Both the position numbers and the translations under genes were made by a program. DNA of 64,000 bases from Octopus sinensis. Taxonomy: Eukaryota. The notes beneath the pieces were generated by a model, which worked only from the letters and a program-made list of their open reading frames with translations, had not been told where the DNA came from and did no database searches. Below are positions 10,546 to 22,842 of the stretch, in pieces; position 1 is the stretch's first letter; each line of letters begins with the position of its first letter. The stretch is taken from contig NC_043003.1 of the NCBI RefSeq assembly GCF_006345805.1, forward strand, positions 53,506,001 to 53,570,000. Reading direction: 5' to 3'.

Positions 10546-11662
10546 CAATGTTTCTCAACCATTTTATTACCCAAGGACCCCTTGGATCCCAAGTTTACTC
10601 AGATGAACCTTCAATGTTTTACTTGTTTTCCTCTTTTACTTGTTTCAGTCATTTGACTGTGACCATGCTGGAGCACCGCCTTTAGTCGAGCAAATCGACC
10701 CCAGGACTTATTCTTTGTAGGCCTAGTACTTATACTATCGGTCTCTTTTGCCGAACCGCTAAGTTACGAGGACGTAAACACACTAGCATCAGTTGTCAAG
10801 CGATGTTGGGGGAGACAAACACAGGCACACAAACATATACAATCGAAATCGATCAACATCAATGAAAATTGTAGCTGTGATACCAGTGCCAGTAGCACAT
10901 AAGAGAACCATCCGAACGTGGCTGTTGCCAGCGCTGCCCCTACTCTACTGGCCTCTATGCCGGTAGCACGTAAAAAGCACCATCCAATCATAGGCGTTGC
11001 CAGCCTCGCCTGGCCTCCGTGCCAGTGGCATGTAAAAAGCACCATCCGATTGTGGCCATTTGCCAGCCACGTCTGGCACGTAAAAAGCACCCACTACACT
11101 CATGGAGTGGTTGGCGTTAGGAAGGGTATCCAGCCATAGAAACATTGCCAGATCAGACTGGGACTGGTGCAGCCTTCTGGCTTCCCAGACCCCAGTTGAA
11201 CTGTCCAACCAATGCTAGCATGGAAAGCGGATGCTAAACGATGATGATGATGATATATATATATATATAATATATATATATATACGACAGGCTTCTTTCA
11301 GTTTTAGTCTACCAAATCCACTCACAAGGCTTTGGTCGGCCCGAGGCTATAGTAGAAGACACTTGCCCAAGGTGCCACGCAGTGGGACTGAACCCGGAAC
11401 CATGTGGTTGGTAAGCAAGCTACTTACCACACAGCCACTCCTACGCCTATATAAAAAAGAAATCGTATATAAAAAAAAATTGTATATAAAAAAATCCTAT
11501 TATATTTTTATAATTAGATATTATTAGGAACTGTATAAAAAAGATAAAAAATTTTGTATATTGTAGAAGTATAACTAATTTATTGCAGATAAATCTTAAC
11601 AACAAAATCTTGTATGGACCCTGCTCCCCAGGGGCCATGTGGGCTCTGGTTGAGAATAACTG
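10546..11662. mobile_element. hAT-type MITE interrupted by a nested family A SINE (about 10615-11450) that is itself interrupted by an RTE 3' end (about 10860-11253)
   Basis: Ends CAATGTTTCTCAACC and GGTTGAGAATAACTG; AGCTAGGT at 10535-10542 and 11663-11670 is a likely 8-bp TSD, offset by 3 nt on the left. Confidence 0.6.
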
Positions 11663-12500
11663 AGCTAGGTAAATACAGACAAATCAAAGGTGAATGCTGA
11701 ATGATCAGAAAAAACCCAAAACTTTATAGTTATTTATTCACTCTTTCTCATCAAATTGTGAAGGCGCACATGTTTGCAAGATCATGACTTCAATTCCTGG
11801 ATTGGGCAGCGTGTTGCGTTATTGAGCAACACACTTCATTTCACATTGCTCTGGTCCACTCAGCTATAAATGAGGAGCCCTGTGATGAACTGCTGCCCTG
11901 TTCTGAGGGAATATTATAATCTCGATTGCTTATAAACCATGGAAACCAGATAACTGGCCCTGTGAGTCCTTGAACCCAAGACAGTAATGTCCATTTTACT
12001 ACATCAAAATACATTTCTTTGAAAGATTAACATCTTATATGTTTTCTACTATATTCATAAGCACAAGCATGACCAAGTGGCTAGAAATTTCACTTCCCAA
12101 CCATGTGGCTTCAAGTTCAGTCTCATTGCACAGCAACTCTAGCCTTTGATTGGCATGTTGAAGCTCTAGAGTGAAGTGATTTAGTGTTGGAGGTGTTTAG
12201 TGCAGAATCAGAGAGTGAGACACAATAGTGATTATGTGATTCAGAGTAGCAGATATTACCTGTGGTAGAAAAAGCAGGAAAGTAAAAACAACACATCAAT
12301 AAGTCTACTGCTTGAATGTATAGGTGAAGTGGGTTTGGGGTAAGGTCTAGCAAACTTGCAGCAATGCTGTTCCAGGTGAGAAAGAAGAGAAAGAGAGAGA
12401 GGGAAGACAGACAGAGAGAGAGAGATGTTATTTCAAATGTTAATTTAAATGAAGATTATGTCTTAAACATATGCAAAAGAAGGAATGAAAGTTAACTTAC

Positions 12501-12643
12501 TTTCCTGGGAACAATGTAAGGTGTTGGAATGATTGCATTTTTAATCAGAAGAATCAGTCTGTTTATCTCTCCTTTCATGACATCTAATGCTTGTTTTGGG
12601 ACCACAGCAGCTCCTTTGATTTGTTCTGTACGATCAGCAGCCA
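12501..12643 (-). CDS. CORO7: CORO7 coding exon 11 (VAADRTEQIKGAAVVPKQALDVMKGEINRLILLIKNAIIPTPYIVPRK)
   Basis: TTTACAG acceptor, GTAAGT donor, 143 nt, phase 1-0; KGA..VPK.ALDVM.GE.NR...VPRK motif. Confidence 0.95.
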
Positions 12644-13189
12644 CTGTAAACAAAGAACATCAGGTGGACTTGAAATACAGAAATAACCACATTGTTTAAT
12701 GCATATAGTGTGAATCTGTTCTAATAATGGGGGTAGTTAGAGAAAGATACAGAGGAGATAATAAATATCGCCAGGTAAATATGGATGTTCTGTTAGATAT
12801 GAACAAGAGTCACTTTGCACCAAAAGCCAATATGAAAGTTTCTCTCATGCTATCTATCACAGTAAAGTTTGTTTTAACAATTTCCTCTTTACTGTCTTTG
12901 TCATTAATATACATTTTTTAATTAAAGAGAGAAAGAGAAGGTAGGAAGCACCATTGAATCTAACAAAGTATATTAATCAAGTAATTAGAGTTAAGTCCAA
13001 CTTGGTGCCTTGGGGCTTTTCTTTTTGTGTCATTTCTAAATATGACTTAGAGAAGCATTATCATTTGAAATAATTTCGAAAAGTACTAGTTTTAAATTAG
13101 TTATGTTTATATAAGATATATGAACAAACAACTTTAGTCTACTAATATTTAAATGTATCTGTTTTGTAAACTACTTTCCATGTGATTAA

Positions 13190-13410
13190 CCCTTTCATTA
13201 CCAACCCAGCTGAAACCGGCTTTGGCTCTGTGGTACAAATGTCTTGTTTTCATAAGTTTTGAATTAAAATCTTCCACCAAACCTTAGTCACAATTTATGT
13301 TCCTAACACTAGCTTAATGATAACTGAGTTATTTTACTAAATTCTTTGTTATATCTAAAATAATTGAGAGAAACACAGAGCATTTCAAAATAAATACAGT
13401 AATGAAAGGG
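13190..13410. mobile_element. piggyBac-type MITE
   Basis: TTAA TSD on both sides; perfect 12-bp TIR CCCTTTCATTAC / GTAATGAAAGGG. Confidence 0.8.
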
Positions 13411-13576
13411 TTAAATGGAAAATTTCACTGTTTGTTACAGGAGAAAACTAGAAAGTGAAATGTCTACTTCCTTAGAGAAGTTGTGGATTTTGAGAAAAGC
13501 AATATTCACATTCACATAAACATAAATACATATATACAGCCATATAAATACTTTTAAAGTAAACTTGAAAACAAAC

Positions 13577-13634
13577 CGTCGGTAATATGTGGTGTCCGGT
13601 CAGTATATTCCAGAAATCTCAGTGTATTATCTCC
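13577..13634 (-). CDS. CORO7: CORO7 coding exon 10 (GDNTLRFLEYTDRTPHITD)
   Basis: CATTTAG acceptor, GTTTGT donor, 58 nt, phase 0-1; completes GKGD. Confidence 0.9.
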
Positions 13635-14764
13635 CTAAATGTGAAATAAATAACAAAAAATTGAGAAATGTTAGAAGATGGTAATGATGGAGAGAAAAAC
13701 TGAATTGAAGTAGTAGGAATAATAAATAGATGCATGACCACAATGTGCACTGGGATGGTTCAATAAGCATTTGAACTTGAGCTCATTTTAATGGACAAAG
13801 ATAAGAAACTCTCAAGAGAAAGTCTTCGGAGAAGAAACCCCATTCAGGCAGGTGTTTTCACCCATAACTTCTTACACTCTAAGGGGACCAGGCCACATCC
13901 AGGTCATGACTGTTGGATGCCCTTCTGCTGACACATTTTAACCACTTGGATATCAGACTTGTGCACTTAAACTGCTTGAAAGCTTCTTTTAATGGACAAA
14001 AAGTTAAACAATGTAATGCCAAGACTGTCAAATAATTTCCCAATGACCTTGCAGTGTTGCAAGTAGCAAGAGTGACAACATAATTTATGATGATATATGC
14101 AGAATTTAATGTAATTCAACTGTTGTTTAGCCATAAGTCAGCCATGATCATGCAAACCTATAATCAAAGGTGTTCCAGACATGACCATACCATAATTTTT
14201 TTTTTGTTTTTTTTTCCAGATAGCGTACACAGTACTACATCATTCAATGCATCCTCCAATTCCTTTTTAAAAGACAGTAGGGTATGATGCGAAGGAGATT
14301 TGACTGCTTTTTCTCTCAGTGTTTCTAATGGCAACATTAATACTTTCTTGTTGACTCTGTAGTTTAGTTCATTAATTTTTTTTATGACTGGCTGAAACGC
14401 ATAGACTATAAATCTCTAATGAGATTTTCATCATAATCAGAAAGATGTAAAAAAATTTACTGTTCTTCAAATGTCTAATTAATTTTGATTTAACTACCAA
14501 TCTTTTTATCAAAAATCAGACTTAATAACCCAGTCCAATCAGTCTGTATTTAATGTGAAATATTTGCTGTCTTTTCTTTTTAAGATTTGGATTCAATCCT
14601 ACAGCAGGACACATTAGATGAGTATCTTCCACTATAGCCCCAGGTCAACCAGAGCAGTGTAAGTGAACTTGGTAGATAGAAATTAAAAGATGCCTATCAT
14701 ATTTACATTTCATACACATAACCCTCACCCTCTCTCTTGGTGTTTGTCCCCTCACTGCCTAACA

Positions 14765-15110
14765 TCATCATTGTCATCTTTAACATCTGTTTTCCATGCT
14801 GGTATGGATTGGACGGTTTGACTAAAGTCTGGAAAGCCAGTGGTTGCACCAGACCCCAATCTGATCTAGCAATGTTTCTACAGCTGGATACCCCTCGTAA
14901 CACCAACCACTCCAAGAGTGTAGTGGATGCTTCTTATGTGCCACTTGCACAGGAGCCAGTCAGGCAGCCCTGGCATCAATCGATCACATTCGGATAGTGC
15001 TTTTTACATACCACCGGTACAGGAGCCAGTCAGGGAGCACTGGCATCAGCCACATTCGGATGGTGCTTTTTATGTGCCATCAGTACGAGAGCCAGTCAGG
15101 TGACTTTGGC
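14765..15110 (-). mobile_element. RTE LINE 3' end
   Basis: Same tail and minisatellite as 5799-6303. Confidence 0.7.
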
Positions 15111-15640
15111 AGTAATAAACTGTTTACATCTCTGTAACTTAGCAGCTCAGCATAAGAGACTGATAGAATAAGTAATAGACTTTAAAAAATAAGTACTGGG
15201 GTTAATTTGTTTGACTAAAACCCTTCAAGGCAGTGCCCCAGCATGGCTGCAGTCCAATGACTGAAACAAGTAGAAGGTACAAGATATTATCAATGGCTGA
15301 AGGACCTCTAATCATTCATGGTTTCTGAAGTCAGTGGTTGGCTTATGAAGATTTTATAGCAAATTTGGTAGGATGGTCATTCATCTGTTGGCATTTGTTG
15401 ATGCTGCATCGAAGAAACCAAAGAACAAAAGAAAAAATGCACTCAACACCAGAGCTGAAGACACCTTCCCTGCCACATCAAATACGACAGAGGAGTAGGG
15501 GCCAAAACCGGATGTGGTTCTTTCTGGTGATGTCTTTAGCCACTGGATCCTATAAAAGAGCTGTTGAGGTAGCGACCTATGAAACGTGGTTCGAATTCCT
15601 CGGAATTCCTTCCCAGAGGCATAGCTAGAAAAAAAAAGCG

Positions 15641-15921
15641 TTAATCTCTAATTTAACACCCGGTCACAAAAATGAAAAAAAAATAGTATAATAGGTGTAA
15701 AACAATGTGTAGTAAATGAATATGAAAAAAAAATGTGCACTGACAAACAAAGTAGGGGATGGGGAGAGGACTTGGAAAATTCCCAATGTGAATTTTCTGA
15801 GTTCCATCCAGCCCATTCATCAGTGCACATTTTTTTTTTAATATTCATTTACTACATATTGTTTTACACCTATTATACTTTTTTTTTCATTTTTGTGATT
15901 GGGTGTTAAATTAGAGATTAA
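15641..15921. mobile_element. Foldback MITE with about 103-bp TIRs
   Basis: Arms 15641-15743 and 15820-15921 are near-perfect reverse complements, both bounded by TTAA; 76-bp spacer. Confidence 0.75.
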
Positions 15922-16761
15922 CCGGAAAAAGTGGTGGAGCCAGTTGTCCTTGGATGCAGCTATGAAGGAGTACAAATCTCCTCTGGCCAGTCACACCTGT
16001 TCATTATAATAATATATGCAGAATTTAATATAATTCAATTGTTGTTATTTAACCACAGGTCAGCCATGATCAAGCAGACCTATAATCAAAGGTGTTCCAG
16101 ACATAACCACCCTATCATTTTTTTTTAAGATAGTATAACTTCTTATACTCTAAGGGGACCAGGCTGTATCCAGGTCATTTTAGCCACTTGGATATCAGAG
16201 ACTTAATGTAATTCAGCTGTTGGTAGTGGGAGACTTAAAAAGTATTTCAGTTAGGATGCTGTAAATTCCTGCTATGCCACAAATATACCATATTTCTTCT
16301 CTTCCAGAGAATAAGCCAGGTGCCTAATGTAAAGTTTCTTATGATAGATTTTTTCATTTTGCAATCATACCAAGGATGAAAAAGCTTGTTTCAATTATAG
16401 CAAATATAAAAAAAAAAAAATAGGTTGTTTCCAAAATGCACTTTTTGTGTTTTCCATATGAATAATTGAAAAATCCTACTTTTGTAACAATAACAACTAG
16501 AATGCTTACCCTCCAATAGGAAATTATATGGACTTTGGAAATAACATTGTTAACATTCATACACACAGTTAAATGAGAAAAGCACAAAACTGGAAAATCC
16601 AACTTTTGTAACTGTAACAACTAGAACATGAAATGTTTACTTCCCAATAGGAAATTATATGGTCTTTGAAAATAACATTCTTAACATTCAGACATTATTA
16701 TTATTATTATCATTATTACTAAATGAGGAAAACACAAATGCAAAAATTTTGAGTCACATAC

Positions 16762-16816
16762 CTTCCCAACAAGGAACAACATGTTAGTTCGGTCATCAAA
16801 AAATGGTATAAAAACA
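16762..16816 (-). CDS. CORO7: CORO7 coding exon 9 (VFIPFFDDRTNMLFLVGK)
   Basis: CTTTTAG acceptor, GTATGT donor, 55 nt, phase 2-0; P.FD.DT.MLFL.GKG motif. Confidence 0.92.
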
Positions 16817-17154
16817 CTAAAAGCAGAAAAAAAAAATAATGAAAACTTAAATGGAATGTTAATGTTAAGCTGATTCTTTTGACAAAAATATCTAATGGAG
16901 TATTTATCAAAAGTATCAAAATGAGAAACAAGAATTCATTTTTAATAGAGTATGCGGTCTATACATTTACATTAACTTTATGCATTCTAGAAATTAAATA
17001 TCATGCATGTATAAGAAAAGTCTGCATATCTATTAATGATATTAAATAGAAAAATATTTTAAAGTTAAATCACATTAAAAGGCAAAAAATGTTGATAGTA
17101 GTGATAACTGTTAATATAAATGGTTCAACTATAACAATTAAAAAGGAAGAAAAG

Positions 17155-17186
<32 letters not shown>

Positions 17187-17453
17187 AAGTAAATAAATGG
17201 TATGTATATATATTTTCTGTAATATATTTGATATATATATGTATGTATGTATATAAATATATATATATATATTATATATATATATATATTATATATATAT
17301 ATTACAGAAATTTAGGACAAGACTACATATTTGTAAATTTCCTACCAAATTTTATATATTTTAATTTGTTACTGTTTAGGTAAAGGATTTAAAAACAAAA
17401 ACAAGAATAATGTTTTCTCTGAAGAAATACATTATCTTTTTGATTTCACATAC

Positions 17454-17536
17454 CCAGGAGATGTATCCATTGAGTGTGTACAGACAGGTGATGATGGATT
17501 TTTCAAATCCCATAAAAAGAGCTGTCTTTGTCTCAC
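17454..17536 (-). CDS. CORO7: CORO7 coding exon 8 (VRQRQLFLWDLKNPSSPVCTHSMDTSPG)
   Basis: CCATAG acceptor, GTATGT donor, 83 nt, phase 0-2; R.RQ..LWD...DTSPG coronin motif. Confidence 0.92.
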
Positions 17537-18074
17537 CTATGGTATTGGTAAAAAATAACATTGAGTTGAAATGGGTTTTGTTGTAATTCTGGGGGAGCAT
17601 TATCCCAATAACAACAATACATAATTCATTCTATTTCACTTCTTTTATTACTATATCATTATAAGCAACTATTTGATTAACACACACAAGCATGTATCTG
17701 ACTCATACATTGTTCGCTTTCCAGACATTTCTACATTACTGCATGTACTTTATATGCACTTTCTGACAAGTTGTGGTGCACCTGAGCACTGTATACAATA
17801 ATTTCATTATTATTTTATTTTTATTTTATTCAGTCAATCAATTAGCTAGGTTTGAAAATATGTCATGCGATTGTAAAGAGAGTATATCATTGATGAGGTT
17901 GCAATGGTGGTGTAAAGACTGACCAACCTAGCCAACTGCTTGAATGACTGAATGATTAATCAAATAATTGATAATTGATTAAATGTTAAAGAATTGACTA
18001 ATAATAATAATAACAATGAAAGGCAAAGTTGATGTTGCCAGCATTTGAACTAAGAAATTAAAGACAGATGAAAT

Positions 18075-18305
18075 ACCTATTTCTTTACTACCACAAGGGG
18101 TTAAACACAGAGGGGACAAACAAGGACAGACAAATGGATTAAGTTGATTATATCGACCCCAGTGCGTAACTGGTACTTATTTAATCGACCCCAAAAGGAT
18201 GAAAGGCAAAGTCGACCTCGGCAGAATTTGAACTCAGAACGTAACGGCAGATGAAATACTGCTAAGCATTTTGTCCGGTTTACTAATGATTCTGCGAACT
18301 CACTG
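18075..18305 (-). mobile_element. Nin/Deu-domain SINE (family C here)
   Basis: Minus strand GTTCTGAGTTCAAATTCTGCCGAGGTCGACTTTGCCTTTCATCC...GGGGTCGATTAAATAAGTACCAG, resembling the Deu/Nin core as I recall it; copies at 21316-21546, 35660-35880, 57178-57388 and 61075-61610. Confidence 0.7.
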
Positions 18306-18331
18306 CAGCAGCAGCAGCAATAATAATAATA

Positions 18332-18372
<41 letters not shown>

Positions 18373-19164
18373 AATAGTAATAATAAAGAAGTGAAACAAC
18401 CAGTGCATATGTTTATTGTTGGTATAATGATCCTCGCAAGATACAGCATAATATTAATAATTATTTTGCAAGAAGAAAATGTTTGATATACATTAGATAT
18501 GTCATCAAATAAACAAGGTTTTACTGTTCAATTTAAAATATATCACTAGTAACATAAGTTGATCAGAGCCAAACAGATTGCATTGTAAATGACGTGTAAC
18601 TACTATTTCATCATGTTTATCAATAGAACAGAGACGGAAAGCAAGAGTTAACAATGAAATGTTTACCCTTTATTGTAAGAGAAGGAAATAATTGCAGCAG
18701 AGTTTTAATAAGTGAGTGATAATCTTGAATTTCAGTGGGAGGCAGTATCAAATTTCATGTGATGGTCTGTTTTTCCATTTTGGAAGCTTAGGCATAAATA
18801 AAGACAGTTTTGTTTTACTAATTTCCACGTAGATTCGGAATGTCATGGGTTATGTTGGGATAAGGTGCTGAGTTTAAACGCATCATGTTCACAACATATC
18901 GCAAGATATGCTTATCTCAATCTGGTAACTAAAAAAAAATTCAACTTGCATTTCACGGTTTGATGGTTGAAAAAGGTCATCAAGCCATATTGTTGCAATA
19001 CAATGAGATGATTGGGTGTGGCTGTTTGAACACTGAACTGACAATTTAGCACAGCTGACTGGTCAGTCAACCTGTTTTAGCAACAGTACTTTTATGGCAC
19101 TAGAAACAAACATGCACTCACATGTACACACAATCAGAAATATACACATGCAGAGAGAGGTGGG

Positions 19165-19900
19165 GGGGGGGAGATGTTGTCGTCGTTGTTTAACGTCTGC
19201 TTTCCATGCTGGCATGTGTTAGACAGTTTGACTGAGAACTGGCAAACCAAAAGGCTATACCAGGCTCCAATCTGATCTGGCAAGGTTTCTACAGCTGGAT
19301 GCCTTTCCTAACGCCAACCACTCCAAGAATGTAGGGGAAGCTTTTTACATGCCACCTGCACGAGAGCCAGTCAGGTGCTACTGGCATCAACCATGCTTGA
19401 ATGGTGCTTTTTACGTGCCACTGGCATGGGAGCCAGTCAGGCAGCACTGGCAATGACCACAATCAAATGGTGCTTTTTATATGCCACCTGCAGAGGAGAC
19501 AGTCAGGCAGCACTGGCAACAGCCATGCTTGAATGGTGCTTTTTATGCGCCACTGGTACAGGACCAGTCAGGCAGCACTGGCATCAACCACACTTGAATG
19601 GTACTATTTACGTGCCACCAGCACAGGTGCCAGTCATGTGACACTGGCAACAGCCTTGCTCGAATGGTGCTTTTTATGCACCACTGGTACAGGACTGGTC
19701 AGGCAGCACTGGCATCGACCACACTTGAATGGTGCTTTTTACGTGCCACCAGCACAGGTACCAGTCAAGCAGTACTGGCATCAGCCATGACAATAGCTTC
19801 ACTTCACTCAACAGGTCTTCGCAAGAACAGTTTATTGCCCAATGATTGAAGGATACTCTTAAATGAGTCGATAATGCTGCACTTGCACAGACATTTGAAT
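19165..19900 (-). mobile_element. RTE LINE 3' end with a long minisatellite array (about 7-8 units)
   Basis: Repeated GAATGGTGCTTTTTACGTGCCAC...GCCAGTCAGGCAGCACTGGC, then UTR sequence shared with 48440-48540. Confidence 0.8.
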
Positions 19901-20484
19901 TTATTAATTGAATATGACTGCCACAAACCTTTTCTTTCTCCTCATACACATAAAAAGAAATGTTCATACACACATAAACAGAGAAGAGAGAGAGTGTGTG
20001 TGAGAAGACCAAGAGAAGCATTAAAATGTTTGATGTCAAAATAAGTCAGCACCAACTCAACAATGCCAAATAGGTAACATCAAAACAGCTGTTCCAAAAT
20101 ACCCTTACTGCAAATATATGCTAATATTAAAGTTAAACCACCACCATTCCCCCCATCTACCCATTTCCCTTATCCCCGCCCCCCAAAAAAATATTACTTA
20201 TGAGTAGCATAAAAAATAGATATTAAAAACAAAAATGTAGAAAATCTGAGTCACAGAAATGGCAAATTGCTAATTTCAGAAAAATTCATTACTTGCTATG
20301 AACTACACAAACATAAACGAAGAACAAATACAATATCATGAATGGGATCTAACTTCAGTAAAACATCTTTTCCAAAGCTGTGTAAAAAGAAAAGCGAAAC
20401 AAATTTTTGAATAGTGAATTAGCTTAACTGTTATACTATGTCTTACTAAGAAGAAGAAAAAAAGAAAAAAAAAGTGATATTTAC

Positions 20485-20571
20485 AGAATCAAAGCCTGTG
20501 CTGAACAACATATCTTTATTTCCAAGCCATGATACACGGGATTCCTTCTGGCCAGCATGTCCTTTTAGTTC
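20485..20571 (-). CDS. CORO7: CORO7 coding exon 7 (ELKGHAGQKESRVSWLGNKDMLFSTGFDS)
   Basis: TTTCAG acceptor, GTAAAT donor, 87 nt, phase 0-0; GH.G.K.SRV.WLG...STGF motif. Confidence 0.94.
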
Positions 20572-20944
20572 CTGAAATTTGAAGCAAGAGATTAAATAAA
20601 CATTGTTCTACATGATAAAACATTGTTATACATTGTTACCAGTTCTATTAAGAATAACTTGATGCAAACAGAGAAGCTTCTAGACTGTCATTTGATCTGC
20701 TGAATGCAGTTACTATTTCTCAATAAAAATCTGAACTAAGCATGACTATCATCATCATAGTCATTGTGTAATATCCATTTTTTCATGCCCACATGCATCA
20801 GAGTTTGTTGAGGCATTTTCTGTAGCCAGATGCCTTTCCTGTCATCAACCCTCACCAGTTTCCAAGTAAGGTAATTATTTCACCCATCACTCCATGAACA
20901 GATGTTTTGATAAATGTAAATGTGCAAAAGACCTTGTTACTAAC

Positions 20945-21069
20945 CTGACATGCAGTTTGAGCACGAGGATCCAATGTGCGAATAAGTTTATCTTTGCATG
21001 TTGTTGCTAACATTGATCCATCTCCTTTCCAAGCAATACCTTGTACCATATCACTGTGCTCGTCTAGGG
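20945..21069 (-). CDS. CORO7: CORO7 coding exon 6 (LDEHSDMVQGIAWKGDGSMLATTCKDKLIRTLDPRAQTACQ)
   Basis: TTTTCATAG acceptor, GTTAGT donor, 125 nt, phase 1-0; coronin W..DGS.LAT.CKDK.IR..DPR motif. Confidence 0.95.
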
Positions 21070-21194
21070 CTATGAAAAGAATAACAACATAGTAGAAGAA
21101 ATAATACAACAAAGAATATTTAATGTAGATTTCAAATATAATCTGAAACTATATAATATAAAAAACAAATATTCTATTTAAAGTAATCATCATC

Positions 21195-21700
21195 ATCAGC
21201 AGCAGCATCATTATTTGGCATCCGTTTTCCCTGCTGGCAAGGGTTAGACAGTTTGACTGGGATTGGGCAAGCCGGAGAGCTGTACCAGGTTTCAGTCTGA
21301 TTTAGCTTGGTTTCTTATTTCTTTATTGCCCACAAGGGGCTAAACATAGAGGGGACAAACAAGGACAGACAAACAGATTAAGTTGATTACATCGACCTCA
21401 GTGCATAACTGGTACTTAATTTATCGACCCCGAAAGGATGAAAAGCAAAGTCGACCTCGGCAGAATTTGAACTCAGAACGTAACGGCAGACAAAATACCG
21501 CTAAGCATTTCGCCCGGCATGCTAACGTTTCTGCCAGCTCGCCGCCTTAATTTAGCTTCGTTTATACGGCTGGATGCCCTTCCTAACCCCAACCACTCCA
21601 AGAGTGTAGTGGGTACCTTCTGCACGTCAACAGTATGGGTGCCCTTTACATGTAACCAGCGCAGGTGCTTTTTATGAGTCACTAACACCATGACTACGAT
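21195..21700 (-). mobile_element. RTE 3' end with a Nin-type SINE inserted at about 21316-21546
   Basis: The RTE tail sequence breaks at TTTC(T) and resumes at TTTATACGGCTGGATGCCCTTCC. Confidence 0.7.
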
Positions 21701-22298
21701 TTTTTTTTTATGGTATACTGGTTAAATGATAAAGAATTGTATATGTGTGTGTATATTCTCTCTCTTACACACACACAGTACAACTTTTTGCATAGTATAG
21801 CCATCAATGACTAAACTGACAACCCTACCATGCACAAGTCCGGGCAATGTTGTTTACGGAAGACCAGCAGTTGCCCATGCATACCGACCTCCCCTCTCCA
21901 TGCCACCAGTGTTATCCAAGGGAAAGGCAACAGCCGATACAACTTGGCAACCGGTGACGTTGCAACTCATTTCTACAGCTGAGTGAACTGGAACAACATG
22001 AAATAAAGTGTCTTGCTCAAGAACACAACACGCAGCCCAGTCCGGGATTCGAGATCACAACCTCACGATCATAAGCTCGACGCTCTAACCACTCGGCCAT
22101 GCGCCTTCAGATGTAAATATATAAATGTATAAACAACAGATATATATATATATATATATATATACAATACTTTGATTAAAAATTTTAATTAATTGCCTTA
22201 ATATTGTTATGTAAGACATTTTAATATCACTTTAGTTTGTGCCATTGAAACAAACTTTAATTACATATGAGCAGGATAAGAATAAGCAGGCTACTTAC

Positions 22299-22491
22299 AT
22301 AAACTTTTTTTGCAGCTTGAAACATCATAAATACGAACACTTTCAGCGGAAGACACAGCTAAAATACCCTCAGCAGCTGGATTCCAAAGGACGTTTTCAA
22401 TTTTTCTCTCTTCTGTACAAACAATTTGTGAATTCAAATTTAAAGAATTCTTCAGGTTTTTCGAACTAGAAGGCAACTGCCACAGCTTTAC
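22299..22491 (-). CDS. CORO7: CORO7 coding exon 5 (VKLWQLP...LWNPAAEGILAVSSAESVRIYDV...)
   Basis: TTATTAG acceptor, GTAAGT donor, 193 nt, phase 0-1; WD40 content. Confidence 0.93.
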
Positions 22492-22842
22492 CTAATAAAT
22501 ATAAAGGAATAAAAAAAATTCATTTGGAAATTATTACACATCAACATAAAAGAATGAGAACAAATAATACTGATATTTTACATGCATTGTTAGAACTAAT
22601 GTTCTCAGAGTTGAATGTGCATCATCCCAGACAGACAACAATGGTCAGAGAAATGGAAATCCAATACTTTTACTGGTTTTCCTCGTTGGATTGAGGCCAT
22701 GCTGGGGTACTCAAGGACTGTAGTAAAACATATCAGCCCCCACCCCTCTATTACTTAATTTAGTCTAATACTTATTTTATTGATTCCTCTTTATCAAATG
22801 ACAAAGTTACTTTGTAGCACATATGACACAACCTGATGCACA

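Noticed and set aside
19320-19800. Regularly spaced ~25-bp conserved motifs with spacers, resembling a CRISPR array (also 5960-6250, 48200-48430 and 56620-57000)
   Set aside because: The spacers are homologous to each other, the array is the 3' UTR of an RTE LINE, the context is eukaryotic and no cas genes are present
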